Assembly: GCA_951406725.2 (NCBI GenBank)
Contig: OX597820.1
Location: 92,256,001-92,320,000 of the forward strand
Origin: Octopus vulgaris
Lineage: Eukaryota
DNA: 64,000 nucleotides
Reading direction: 5' to 3'
Below the pieces are notes generated by a model. It saw only the letters and a program-made list of their open reading frames with translations. It searched no databases and was not told the DNA's origin. Every line of letters begins with the position of its first letter. Position 1 is the stretch's first letter. A program made the position numbers and the translations under genes. Below are positions 1 to 13,459 of the stretch, piece by piece.

Positions 1-972
1 TGTCAGGTCTACTAGTCCCTGAGTAAAAAGATTACGTGTAAGGGAGGTAATTAGTTCTCGATTTGGTGCCATTAGGGTAGATATAGATCTGTAATGTGAA
101 TGGTGTATGAGATGTATGGTGGTTAGTGGTATTAAGTGATAGGTTAGTAGTGTTCTGTATTATGCTATGTGTTTATATTGAGTTGTGGAAGATATTTATT
201 GATTAAAGTTGCCTCTTTATTCATTCTTTGTTGTAATGGGGTGTTCTGTGAACATTGATATAAGGGGAAAATTAGGAAATTAGGATTAAGATTCCTAGAA
301 CACCTTTCTATGTGTTCACTGACCTGTATCTGTCCGTATTGTGGGTGGCGGAGTTGTTCTTCGTGGAGAATGTTTCTTCGACAGAGTAATATTCCTGTTT
401 GGCCAATATAATTTTTAACACACCCTAAGTATGTTATAGCATATATTAGATTTTCTGAGGTGCAGGTGAAATTTGATTTAATCTTAAATATTTCACCTTG
501 TTTAAAGTGGAACTCTGAACCCTCCAAAATGTGGGGGCATGTACCACAGTTAGGTCGACCACATTTTTTCACTTTTGGGTCTGTTGTTAATGGATATAGT
601 CTTGCGCTGGTAAATATTTTTTCAATGATTTAGCTTGCATTTTGGTTTTGATAATTTTGTGTGAGCCTAAAATTTTGTTCATTGTTTTATCTCCTGTAAG
701 GATGGTTAGATTTTAGACGATAATGTTGAAGGCTTCGTTGTTTCTAAGGTTATGTGTGGAGATGTATGGGAGTATTTTAAAGTCTGGTTTAGTATTTCGT
801 TTGACTTTCCTTAATGTTCGTATATCTATTTCCTTAGCTCGTATAATGCCATCATTTAGTAAGGATATTGGGTAATATCTTTTGATTAGTATTAATCTGA
901 GTTCAAGGAGTCTTCGTTCACGAGTTTAGGTGGCCGAAACTGTGGTACAGATTATTTTCGCTAGATTATAAG
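1..972 (-). mobile_element. Penelope-like retroelement 3' fragment: RT C-terminus/linker plus GIY-YIG endonuclease, decayed
   Basis: ORF 165-572 has the CxxxxCxxC linker (CGRPNCGTC) and a GIY-YIG signature (LIYAIT...NYIGQTG...HIERC). The upstream minus frame reads YNLAKIICTTVS...RLLELR...YPISLLNDGI...LPYISTHN, with stops and frameshifts. Confidence 0.9.
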
Positions 973-985
973 CAGATCAAATGTA

Positions 986-1179
986 CGAGAGGGTGTTGAA
1001 AAGTTCCTGGCGTGGGGTGCTTCGCTGGAGATAAAATATTTCGAGATCTTTTACAGGAATTAGGAAAACAGGAGGGACATTCTGAATCTGAGAGGGGAAT
1101 ATCTTGAATAAAATCATAATTAACCGATCCTCGTGTATTTTCTTTTACCCAATGTCAGAAAGGTTTCTGCACTCCCTCG
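986..1179. mobile_element. Mariner-type MITE
   Basis: Imperfect TIRs TA-CGAGAGGGTGTTGAAAAGTTCCTGGC and GTCAGAAAGGTTTCTGCACTCCCTCG around ~190 bp. Confidence 0.65.
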
Positions 1180-3242
1180 TTGAACTTAATGTATACACCA
1201 CACAAATACATATGATCAGACTCACGTTCAATGTTTATATCACATTTTCACTTGTTATACACATAAATAAATTCTATGCCACAAAAGGCTTACACCTTCC
1301 ATGAACATCATGCCCGCATTTACCAATACGTCGTTCAACTGAGACACTCTTTTCCTAAGCTGACCTTGGTCCACTCACGAACTTTTATTTTCGATCTCTC
1401 ATTTTTTCATTTTCTCTCTCACTTTCTCTTTCCTTCTCTTAGGTAAACTTCATCCTTTTCTAAACGTAAAGATATGATGACTCTGAAGTCATAAGAGCTA
1501 ATTCACATCCATGGAGAGAAATATACTCACCAACACATAAACTGTTATTGGAACCATCATAAATATTTCGTTCATTCATTCTATTCTTGAATTAATTTCG
1601 TCGAAACTCAACCGACCTGGTGAGACCTTTTAATATTATGAACGCAAACATTATGATTAATAGGCCAACATTATTCCTTCGTTTCCTACTTTCTCCTCCT
1701 GCTATTTCACCTATTCATCTAATAGTAGTAAAAACCTTCATTTCATTTCCTTGCATTTTACTGTAAATTTCCATTGCAAAATCTTTCACTGCATTGTTGC
1801 AACTTAGTAGATTTTTCGATACGATGCAAATCAATTCAAGGATAGTGCTTCAAAAGCAATCCTATTTAGTAGTATATCGTTTTGCATCAGTAGATTTAGC
1901 TAAATCATTTAAGATATTAATAAATATACAGGAAGTAAAGCAACTAGTGCAAAACAATTTTACCCTTGAACTAAAATTTACGCTGTTTCCACCGTGTATG
2001 ATACAACTAAATATTTTTGAGCGTAAAGTATTATCCTTAACTAGAGTGAAAGCCAAAAACATGCGGAAATAGCAAAGACACTAAAATATCTAAAATAAAT
2101 GTCAGAATGACATATCAAACCGAACACAATCGTTTTCCTTTGGTGTGTTCTATTTATATTCCATATATAATGTTCTATAATTACAATATGTGCATTAAAA
2201 AATATTCCTCTGAATTTTCTCAGTATCACGGGGATTGTGTGTATTTTTACTTACAGTTTAAGGGTGAAGTATAACTTGCGACTAAACATAGCAGCTGGAA
2301 TTAAATTGTCACTTTTTTTTTTATTTTAGATATGATTCACGTTATAATTCTGCTCCATTCTTGTTTCATTAGCGAGTTTTAGCGATACTGCTTTAGGACA
2401 TCAAATTTTCAGTTTGAATCATATGTCATTTTAACATTATATTTTTATAAATTTAGTGACATTGCTCTGGGAGATCTTTAAATTTTTAGGTATTTCAATA
2501 AGTGTCTGATTTGCTCTACGGCTGACGATATTCAATTGGGCTCAAACCGCTTTAGAAATCTCAGATAATATGAAAAAAATTACCGTTTTTTTTCTTTTTT
2601 TCAGGGTACATTATCTATTATTTCTGTTTCACTTTCTACAACTTTTATGAATTTAAAAGATACAGTAGTATCTATTGATTCAAAAGTATGTTTCGGTAAA
2701 TATGACGGTGATTGGTGTATCATTCATGAATAAATTTTCCATGTATTATTTTCAAACAATCAGCTGAACTGCAAAAAAAAACAGTATAAATATTTTCTGT
2801 CTACTTTGATGTTTAACTTTTTATTCTCGAGAAAAACATTTCATCAATGCAACTCAGGAGGATATAGAAAATTTAAGTAATACACTGCAAGTCAGCCGTT
2901 AAATAGCAACATAAAGCATAATTATGTCTCAAAAGACTCGTAAGGTAGTTTACACTTACCAAATAACTATATTCTTAGTTTTGTTATCAATAAATACTGT
3001 GCTCTCATTTACGTAGGTTGTAAATATTAGCTGTAAGACCATCAATTAATGTGACCCGAGATTTAAGTGTTTAACTTCAAGGCTGTCTACACTAATCTTA
3101 AACAGCCTTGTTTCTATTTGCTTCTTAAATTGAGTCTGGGAATATCACTGCTTCTGTGGAAGAATGCTGAAAATGGCACTTCCTTTCGGATATTAAATAT
3201 ATACAGATTTATTTATTTCACAAAGTTTATATATACATACAA

Positions 3243-3421
<179 letters not shown>

Positions 3422-3423
3422 TA

Positions 3424-3625
3424 GTTAATTCAGAAATGAAGAAAGAGAAAGTACAACAACGCGAGGACCTGGAACAAGTATAGTGTTATTGGAAGCTCAG
3501 AAAAGGAAAGAAAGGAGGATTTAACTTTTCGAGCGGAGCTCTTCGTCAGAAACACAGAAAGGAAAGGTCCAAGGAAGGGAAGACGGAGAAATAAAAATCG
3601 CCCACGATACACACGCGATCACATA
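3424..3625 (-). mobile_element. Penelope-type terminal repeat with minimal hammerhead ribozyme motif
   Basis: Minus strand 3520-3553 reads GUUU CUGACGA A GAGC-UCC-GCUC GAAA AGUU AAAU. Homologous to 62325-62527. Confidence 0.7.
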
Positions 3626-3629
3626 TAGA

Positions 3630-3646
3630 AATATATATATATATAT

Positions 3647-3727
<81 letters not shown>

Positions 3728-3850
3728 ATATATATATTTATATATATACATATATACATATATACATACATACATACATACAAACAAAAATACATACATG
3801 CATGCATACATACATACATCCAGCCATACACACATACATACATACATACA
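3630..3850. repeat. (TA)n/(TACA)n microsatellite
   Basis: Directly visible. Confidence 0.97.
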
Positions 3851-3852
3851 TT

Positions 3853-4978
3853 CAGGGTGCGGTGAACGAATTGTCTTGTAAATTATGCAAAAATGTAAAC
3901 AATAAAATCGCTACTGGTTTCATCCATGGCCTCCAGACGACCATGGAATATCATGCAACTCTTCTGGACGGCCTGCTTGTTTAAGTTGGGGAAAGCTGCT
4001 ATGATCCTTGATTTCAGTGCATCTTTTGTGTTGCAAGTTTTGTTGGTCCCTCGCTTCACACATAGCAACCAAGAGGGTTGCAGTTTGGCTAATTAGGTGG
4101 CCAGATTTTAGGGACAATGTGGTCGCAGAAATTGTCTGACAGTCGTGACTGGGTTCTCCTGCATGTGTGGCAAGGTACAGATTCCTGTTGCCAGACATAG
4201 AGTTTTCCAGCAGCTACCCTCTTGACCCAAGGCAGCACTACCTATTCCAGATACTTGATGTGGGCATCCGTGTGGGAAGATGAATGGAAGCATAATGTTG
4301 CCATCACTAATCATCATTACAAACATTATGTTGCTGACTGGATGTTTGATTTTATCACTTTTGGTACATGTTTTGGGGTCACAGCAAACCAGCGGTTGTT
4401 TTGTGCGTTCAATATTCTGGCAGAAATTCTTCTTGTCTGAGAGAAAAAAAACATGTTCGGTTGGAGAGGATGCTTGAGTTTGTTCAAAAGCTTCACAGTG
4501 CAGTCTTTCCTCTTGTCCTTGGTAGCTTGGGATAAAAAGTGGCCCTTTCTCATTTTGTATGAGGAATACCGAATGTCTTCATGCATTAACTGCCTAATAA
4601 GAAACTAAGACACTCCGATGTCCCTGGCGATGAACTTGATTGACTCAGGGGCTCATTGTCAATCATGGTCTGGATCTCACGAACAAATTCAGGAGTTCTT
4701 TTATCAGAAATATCAGAATGAGTTCTCCGATCTGTCATACCTTCGTAATTACTCATCCAACTCTTTCCGAATCCTCTGCTCTGTACTCAGATTGACCCAA
4801 AGTCTGAAATGTACGTAGTGGAACTTCCGCCGGAAATGCCAAGCAGTACGGTGCTGTTTTTCTCTGGAGATGGTGCACAACGGACCCAGCTATACTGCGT
4901 AGTCGACAAAGTCAAACTGAAATAATGAACATGCACGAAAATAAACGTATAAAACAGTGACAAGTTACCCCTTGGGCT

Positions 4979-4982
<4 letters not shown>
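3853..4982 (-). mobile_element. Decayed Tc1/mariner-superfamily transposon, DD37D (maT-like) spacing
   Basis: Minus frames give NNRWFAV...PFIFPHG...YVWQQE-SVPCHT...WPPN*PNCNPLG...CNTKDALKSRI...RLEAM. The two mutated catalytic positions are 37 residues apart. Degenerate CAGGGTGCGG...GAATTGTC terminus. Confidence 0.85.
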
Positions 4983-5041
<59 letters not shown>

Positions 5042-5084
5042 ACGGAAACTGGATGCAAATAATGGTTATATATTTACTACGTTC

Positions 5085-5291
5085 TTGTCCACATGGGGCT
5101 AAACATAAAGGGGGCAAACAAGGACAAAGTGAGTAAGTCGATTACATCGAACCCAGTGTATAAGTGGTACTTATTTAATTGACCCCGAAAGGGTGAAAGG
5201 CAAAGTCGACCTAGGCCGAATTTGAACTCAGAACGTAACGGTAGACGAAATTTCGCCCTGCGTGCTAACGATTCTGCCGGGTCGTCGCCCT
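5085..5291 (-). mobile_element. tRNA-derived SINE, family A (Meta-domain-like core GCCTTTCATCCTTTCGGGGTCGATAA)
   Basis: Homologous to copies at 28875-29108, 37198-37640 and 55002-55236, with a B-box-like GAGTTCAAATTC. Confidence 0.85.
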
Positions 5292-5306
5292 AGTATTTGT
5301 TCTATA

Positions 5307-5775
5307 TTGTGTTGAATTTAAAGTTTTGCAAAATATTGGTAATTTATTGGCTTAATTCGTTCCGGCAAGAGCAGGATATCATTCAAAGTAGATACCATCG
5401 TGTTGCACCTACCGAAGCCACCTTGCTGACATGAATTTTTCCCACCCTATACCAGATCTTGCCTTTCGAGATGTGGAAGTCCTTCACTGAAGCTTCCACA
5501 TCCTCCTCGTTGCTGAAACGTCGAGAGCAGGAGAAGTGTGCCATGAATCAGCACGCTTCATCGACCAAGAAGAGGTAGAAGCTTCAGAAAAAAAAGTGTT
5601 TCACATTCAAGTACAAAAACTGGCATGAATATGCGATGAAAGAAAATACAGAAAGGTAGCTTCTGGCGGTGCGGTGCGATGGTCTCTTCTTTGAATGCTA
5701 GTGTGTTTTTGTTGTAATTTGAGGAATAACGCAAATAAATTACCAAAATATTGCAAAGCTCTTCACTCAACAAAA
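5307..5775. mobile_element. Palindromic mariner derivative built from two opposed 3' ends
   Basis: Minus 5380-5550 encodes RRFSNEEDVEASVKDF...VQHDGIYFE and plus 5552-5700 encodes RFIDQEEVEAS...KNW...VRCDGLFFEC*. Outer ends are imperfect inverted repeats flanked by TA. Confidence 0.75.
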
Positions 5776-5783
5776 TAGATACA

Positions 5784-5825
<42 letters not shown>

Positions 5826-6059
5826 CATTTATACGCATGTGTTGTGTGATTGTGTGATTATGCATACATGGAATTTCTTTCGTCAATGTTAAACAAACTT
5901 GTAAGAGCTTGTATCTCGGAGGGTAACTTCCTAGGTGCAATACCATAGTCATTCATGACTGAAGGGAGTCTTTACTCTCACATAGTAAATCAAATATATG
6001 CCGTTAAAAACGTCCCCTCATTTACTGTTTACAGATCTCTACAACATTTGAAAAAAATT

Positions 6060-6340
6060 GTCTGCTATTATATGTGCAGTAAGAGGCAAGTTTATGAGTA
6101 GGAAACCTCAGAAAAACATTACTGAATTGCACAAAAATATCGTACTATGCCTAATTTGGAGTGAAATTAGAAGACCATGAGAAGAACCGTGCTCCACATA
6201 TGGCCTGCGTTGTTTGTGTTAAGAATGAAAACAACGGAGAAAATCAACAAAGCAGTTTTTTCATATATGTATGTCGTTTCGTTTTGGAAGGAGCCTAAAA
6301 ATGAGCGACGACTACTACTTTTACTCATGTGATGTACAAA
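6060..6340 (+). pseudogene. Chapaev-type transposase N-terminal zinc-binding relic
   Basis: YYA*FGVKLEDHEKNRAPHMACVVCVKN and SFWKEPKN..DDYYF match the GDQDKxWAPHxxCxxC and WREPxNHxxDCYFC motifs, also present at 43640-44045. Confidence 0.65.
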
Positions 6341-6788
6341 TACACAATTCAATATGATGGCCAACTACTACTGGATGTTTCAAGAATGACCACCAAATGC
6401 TCGCTAGCAAAATAGTTCCAGGCGTAATTTTCAAGTGAAGGGAGATTCGGGTAGCTGAACCTAAAAATGAATAGAACTTTTGTAAAAAATCTATTTTCTC
6501 ACTTTTCAGTTGCATTTGTGCCATTTTATTTTACTTAATAAAGTAGCACATTTATTTATATTAGTTTCATTTTGTTTCAACACTTGAAATTGCAGAGATT
6601 ATTTTTATTTTTCGCCTTCATATTAATTTTCCTCACTCTCTCCCAGGGTTTGGCAAATATCTACAAAAGACAAGCGTCCTAATTAGCCGTTTGATAGATC
6701 GAATGATTTATTAGTTTCTAATTTTCTTCAGGCCACTGAAATTAAATGTATCAGCGATGTCAGTGAAAAGACAGAAGATCTAACATCT

Positions 6789-6898
6789 GCAACAACAACG
6801 ACAGTAGCAGAAGCAGCAGCAGTAGTAGTAGTAGTAGTAGTTGTAGTAGTAGCAGCAGCAGCAGTAGTAGTAGTAGTAGTAGCACCACCACCACCAGC
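6789..6898. repeat. Mixed trinucleotide microsatellite (CAA/GCA/GTA/CCA)
   Basis: Directly visible. Confidence 0.95.
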
Positions 6899-8061
6899 AC
6901 ACAGGCCTTTTTTGACGAAATCAAATATATACCCCTGTAAATATAGTTGTATTGTGCTCGTGGAAAACTACAGATTTCCTTCCACCGAGACATATCGACA
7001 GCGGCACATTCTTATACTAAACAAAGAAGCTTTGTGCTGAATATGTGCATTCATTTGCTTTGCACCGTTGTTATTTTCCAGTAAACTTAGATATGATTTA
7101 ATTATTGTCATATCGTTAAAAAGATTAACAGAATTTAGAGCGACGGAATTCAAAAGACAAACGACTGTAAAACTTTGTAATTATAGCGAAGTGAACATAA
7201 TCATGTTACACTGAAAATAGAAATAAATCAAATATTTAAACAAGAAATACAAACAAAAAAAACAAGAAGAACTTTAGGAAGGTTTGCAATGTAAATGATG
7301 AATGAAATATCCAGCTATTATTTCACAATCCATCTTTTATAAGGCTACTGTTAACTGTGAGTTAACGTCTTTTCTTGAGAAATATTTTTTTTCCTTTTTC
7401 TCATTTTAAAATCAAATATTGTTTTGGTATAAGCGGGCAGTAATATTGATTGTCAGCAGAGTCAACAAAAACATCAATTTTCGGCTGAAATTGGATAAAT
7501 CTGTCCGGAATATATATTAGCAAAATTCATTCTTTCTTCTTTACATAGGCGCAGAGTAATCAAACGACAATAACAAAGCATTAAAAGATCATAAGACTAA
7601 CTTGTAAAAAAAAAATTCGACACATGTTTCATCTTACATATTTTCTTTCTTTTTTTCATTTTTCTTCTTCCACTTTATAAATTAATTATTACATAAGAGG
7701 ATGCGCTGATTCAAGATAAGATAGTCATTATAGTTACTGATGAATGCATCAGTCAATTATAGAAATATATGGCAAGCAAGTGAAAATTAATCATATTTTA
7801 CTACAAGGTATTGTATACACGAGTAGTTTTAATTAACTCTTTGATTGTAGTTCTTTAAATAACCAAATGTAATCATAGCTTTTTTATAATAATATTGTAA
7901 GTCTAGTCTTCTTCAAAGTATTAACACTAATGGATTGATTGCTAGCAAGATGTTTATATATTTAACAATTCAGACACTCATTATTATAGATAATGCTTTT
8001 CATAAACATCATATTAAATGTTTGCACCTAATATAAAGCAGGTATTTTATTCAGTTCTATA

Positions 8062-8512
8062 TTTAAGAGACGAGGAATTACGTACATTATTTACATTCGA
8101 TGGATACTTGTCCTCATCTTGCTTGTTGTTAACATAACGTTTCGGCTGATATACCCTCCAGCCTTCTTTAGGTGTCTTGGGGAAATTTCGAACGTGGGTT
8201 CTCATTCCTAATGTATTTTTCGATGTTATTATTATTTTTTTTTATTGTTGTTGTTGTTGTTGTTGTCGTCGTCGTCGTCGTTGTCGTTGTTGTTGTTGTT
8301 GTTGTTGTTGTCGTCGTCGTCGTCGTCGTTGTCGTTGTTGTTGTTGTTGTTGTTGTTGTTGAGGACACTGCTTGGAACTCGGAACTCGGAATCTTGGGGT
8401 TAGTAGCCCGCGCTCTTAACTACTACACCATATACCCGTGGGCATATCAGCCGAAAAGTTGTGTTAACAAAAAGCAAGGTGAGGGCAAATATCCGTCGAA
8501 TAATGTAAATAA
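8062..8512 (-). mobile_element. Composite repeat: tRNA-like head, (AAC)n tract, hammerhead-like motif, with ~66-bp inverted arms
   Basis: Arms 8087-8152 and 8444-8512 are reverse complements. Minus 8443-8361 has an A-box-like TGGTGTAGTAGTT, a GGG-CTACTAA-CCC arm and B-box-like GAGTTCC. Minus 8176-8129 reads GACAC CUAAAGA A GGCUG-GAGGGUAUAU-CAGCC GAAAC GUU AUGUU. Confidence 0.7.
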
Positions 8513-8948
8513 GGTATTGTATTGTATATTTACCATATTGACAATAAGTTCCAGAATCTTTAACTATAGGTACGTTAAATCTAATTATAATTAGCATCTA
8601 AGGATCTATACTTCGCTTAATTATTGTAAGTTTTACATGAGACAAGAATCAGCAAAATGTCTCTGGTTTTCTTATGACGCATTAGGTTGTCACTTAATTT
8701 TGGTTATGATGGCAATCATCATGTTACTTATAGTTGCCAATGGTTTTTCGTTTTAATGAGAACGAAATATAGTTCTTATGAACAAGACAAGATTTGTTTG
8801 CAAGTTGTGTATTAAGACAAATAACTCAAGAATCTGCTCTTTTGTCTTCTTTTATTCAGAACACTAGGAAGGAAAGCAGATGGTCTCTAGGCAGAGTGCA
8901 ACCTTCGAAACCCTTCATTGTATACACAAGTAGTTCTCAAACGTTTCA

Positions 8949-9131
8949 CAGTGGTTTCCAACAGGGTTTCCCAAACCTTTTATTTAAACGAGTTTTCCTA
9001 CAGTGTCCTTTAAATATGCTTATCCTTATGTGTATATATGTGTGTGTGAAATTTTGAATTTATTTCACGAATCTTTACTACTACCTTTGCGGAGCACCAG
9101 GGATCCGCGGACCCCAGGTTGGGAGCCACTG
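8949..9131. mobile_element. hAT-type MITE
   Basis: TIRs CAGTGGTTTCCAAC and GGTTGGGAGCCACTG, with subterminal GGATCCGCGGACCCC. Confidence 0.6.
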
Positions 9132-12100
9132 GTAGAGAGACTAGGGATTTACTATCTCGGCTCGTTTTTCTCTACAATCGCTTGATAAAATTTTAAATTT
9201 CATTCTGGTGTCATAGACGCTGCATTGTTATGTAGAATGCAACATATTATAATAATTCTGTTGTCATTACGTTACTCAGTTCGTCGGTAACGCTTTCACG
9301 TGATTAGAGAGAAGAGGGAGAGAGAAGCGTAAAATGACGTGAGGTAGTAATGTTATTTTAACGCTTTCACGTAAGTTCAAGGAGAAAGTAAAATGGGGGA
9401 GGAGAAGAGGATAAGGCGAAGAGTGAGGCAGAAAGAGAAAGAGAGAAAAAGTGGGAGAGTGAAGCGTCCATGACGTGAGGTAGGGAGAACGTTATATTTA
9501 TTACGTGGTTTTAAAAGTTAATTGAATGTTGAGGAGGAGCGTTAAAAATACAATTTTGGCAGAGGGGTGATGTTCTGATGGTGAGGTTAAAGAAAGGCAC
9601 AGAGAGAGAGAGAGAGGAGGGAGAAAGAGGGGAGAGGAGAGAGATGGTGGGCATGAGATAGGTGATGATGATGGTAACGGTGGTGGTGATCGTAGATATT
9701 TTTTAACTGAAGTTTTTTTTATATCACCTATCATTTAACGCATGTGCATAAATGCAATTCCGTGAGATATTCAATTTACATGGCAGATGCATGCAATTTA
9801 AGTTAAGGCTGTATCATAGGTACAGGATATTTTGTTTCTTTATGAGGAAAATGGGAAAATAAGAGTAAATATTTATTTTATGTGTGCTGTGTATGAAGTA
9901 TATAAAACTGTACATGTATATATACACTGTATATATATATAAAGTGCACATTCCAATTTCTTTCACTTTTCAATGAGTAACAAATGAGAGACTGCCTTTC
10001 CATACTGACCCTACATAGACTTCACAGTCCTGCTAATATATTCCTTATACTTTGAGGAGAATTTGAACATTTGAATTATAAACTCGATTTTCTTAATTTC
10101 CATACATTTCAACAAAGAATGTAGTAGATTTAAGGGATCTCACTATTTGACTGATATTTAAATTTTGGACCTCAAGAAAGAAAAAAGGACGAAGTCGACC
10201 CCGAAAGAATTTAAACTGTAACTTCGGGTTTGTAAATGTCTTTAATTACATAACCGCTGGAAGAGCTGTAAGTGCCATCACTCTGCCAGATGTGACAGTG
10301 AAGGACCAAATTACTGTCACATGACAGGGCTATCCTTAACTCTTGCAATAGGAAAAGGGAGAGAGATGGAGATAGAGAGAGAGTGGAGGATTCCGCTAAA
10401 GGCATTCAATGACAAGGCAATGTTATCTAACCGGACAATAGGTGAACTCTACCACAAAAATAAGTACAATCCAAAAAATAGGATACCCCATATTTTCTGT
10501 TTGCCATAATTCCTTTACAATATTGTGGTCACATCTAAGCTACAGTAGAAAATATTTTCGACGCATTCATGCCAACGACTTGATTATATATCTCAAAGAT
10601 GTTTACTGTGATACTCTAAAGATGCTACTAGTCATCAGCAACCGTAGTGATGATATTCGTGTTTTATGTTAGTATTTATTGTAATATCCTCACAAATACT
10701 GAGAAAACTTCAAACCCAATGAATATGAGGATAGCGATATAATAAAAAAAAAATACTAAAAAAATATAAATTCAGTAAATTTGATTTAAACAAAAATACT
10801 ATAATGAAACAAATAACACATGATATTCATTAAAATTCTATGCTGAAACTTTGATAAATTTTTTGGAGCAAGTTTGATGGTTTTCATAAAGCATTGACTG
10901 ATTCTGGATGTTTTTCTCCATACGAGATTAAACTTCCGATATATCTATACTGCATGGTGTTTTGAAAGCACAATGTTCTTCTAAAACTATCACATCTCTT
11001 AATCTAATGCTGCAGATATTTCTCCGGCAGGTAATGATTATATCATATACCTTAGAGCAAATCACGCCAATTGTTATTCATAGCTCTCGTATTAGTATTA
11101 GAAGCCATCTATGAACCTAGTTGCTTTCATCATTGTTATACATATTATAATCATAGTCTTTTATAGCTGTGATTATTAGATACAAGAAGTCTTTTTTATG
11201 TAAAGAATAACCAATACGTTTACTTAATATATTTGCATCTAAATCATCATAACATGCTGAATTCATTACTGTAAATCATTTTATATACATGTTCCCGTTG
11301 AATACGTAAGAAAACGCAATATATAATTTTGTCTGCTAAAAAAAAGATAAATGACTCCCTATAGTCGAAATACAAGATCGATTTAGAGTGGAGATAGACC
11401 TATTTATTTTTAAACATTTTATCAAAGAAATGTCACTTTTACTTGTTGTCCGTCTATGAAAATATATTATAGTTTTCAGCGTCAATTGGCAAGACAAAGT
11501 ACTACATTTATATGGAACTTAATCCGTGTTTCCATTTACGCAGTTAAGAATGTAAAGTATACATTACTTCTACTTCTTTATGTAAACTGGGCCTTTGGTA
11601 TACCTGCGCACATGTAGGGCAATATTGTCAGTTACTTCCCATATAGTCTTCACTTGAATTGTAGATAGTAGTCGGATGATTATAAAAGATAAATATTTAT
11701 TTTCATCCAGATATATGGGAAAAGTGTTGGAAGAAACCTTTTCTTAATCTATCATATATATTTTTCATTTCATTATTTTGCTAATAGAAAAAAAAAGCAT
11801 GAAAAAGGCGTTATAAAAGAATTTTGAAATTTCTGAGAAGTATATATTCATTTTATGGCGGATAGAATAAGTTTGAATTCAATAGTAACCAAAATTGTAT
11901 AAAGAAAAATAATTATATTTTGTAATTGGACCAAGAGTGCTTCAGTTGGTTGTATTAATCATAATTTTTAGATGAAAGATTTCGTACTTGAAACACTATC
12001 AGAAGACATGACCTCATGCGGAAGAAGTTTATGTTACAAAAGTAGCGATAGCTTGGAAGTTAAATGTCTACTGACAGTTATGAAATAGCGTTTGATATTT

Positions 12101-13459
12101 CTTCCGTATATCATCAATCACATCAATATAAAAGGTAAAAGATGTATGAAATCAGTTCTAATAGGAGAAATAGTGATCGTATAAATCAATTACAAATGAT
12201 TGTATTTGATCTGATTAATAACCAGTTTACTTTAAAGATTAACGCTAATTGTTTACTGATAAATATATACCTTATTAATAGACCAAATAACCGTCTTTTA
12301 TATATAAAATATTCAGAAGCTTTGTTGCTTCTAGTCATATTATAAGCCATTCTATTGCATTTACTCAAGTAAAATAAGTTTGAGCTTAATTGAAAATGTA
12401 TAGTGGTAGTTTTTTTTAATGTTTCACACCGAAAATCTACACTTTTTAACAATCACTTGTCTTACTATGTGTAGTACTTTTATTATTATTTATCTATTTA
12501 TAATACCTTCTGATGCCGAATTACAGTATTTCACCACAGAGTATCTAGAGCGAATATAACTGTCATGTTGTGTGGAGAGTTTTTTACTATTTCTGCGTCT
12601 CCAAACGTTTTAAGAAACCCAAATTTCTTTAAGTTGAGTATATATTACACACACTTTCTATTTATTTCGTTATATAACTTTGTTGATACATAAACGTAAG
12701 TATCTGTAAGTATGTATCTTGCTAAATACCTTATCATGAGAACAGTGTCTTACATATAATATTTTACGTTAGGCTCATTGATAGCGCATTAGCAGCAGCA
12801 AATAGATATAACTGAGTTCATATGCTTATACGCTTGCTTGCATGTATGTTTCGTTCCCTAATTATTCGAGTTCTTCTTAGAAACAAATATCCATCACTAC
12901 AATATAAGTAACAGCAGGAATCTGAATTTTAGACTCGTGTTTGACAAATTATACAGCAACGTTTTGAGAATACATTTATAAAGTGCCTGGCAGCAAGTCA
13001 AGTTCTTTACCTTAAAACCCAATCTTTTCTAGATTGTCATTAATATTTAATTATACAGCCATAAGCACCAATAAGGTTTTGTATTAATGTAATTTTATTA
13101 TCAGTACAGAGAAGATTTAAGTTTCTGAACATTTGTCTACAGATATTCTCTTTCTTGTTTTAGAAGAAATGTTCGCCTTTACATCATTGAACCCACATGA
13201 ATTTTCAATATGTCCCGTTAAATTACATTAATAACTTTGTTTGTGTTTTGCAATAGATTTGATCGGAAAGTGACAATTTCTGTGCATATCTATGTATGTG
13301 TGTATATATGCATTTAAAAACAGGAGTATTCTTTGCGTATTAATCGCTGTACAGCTTTCTCTAAGGCTAGATTTAGACATTCCTAGTATAACTTTGACCT
13401 GTTATCAGGGTTGTTCTTTTAAAATTCAGCAGCAAGCTCTGGATGTGCATAAAACTATT

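Noticed and set aside
1794-2072. 92-aa ORF
   Set aside because: AT-rich, non-ATG start, no motif or splice support.
8361-8443. Possible tRNA gene (anticodon-like ACT arm)
   Set aside because: T-arm and acceptor stem are disrupted. It is better explained as a SINE-type head, as are the family A and B heads.
9324-9368. UGAGGUAGUA (10-nt let-7 match) in a stem-loop
   Set aside because: The match lies in the loop and within an internally repetitive, probably TE-derived stretch.
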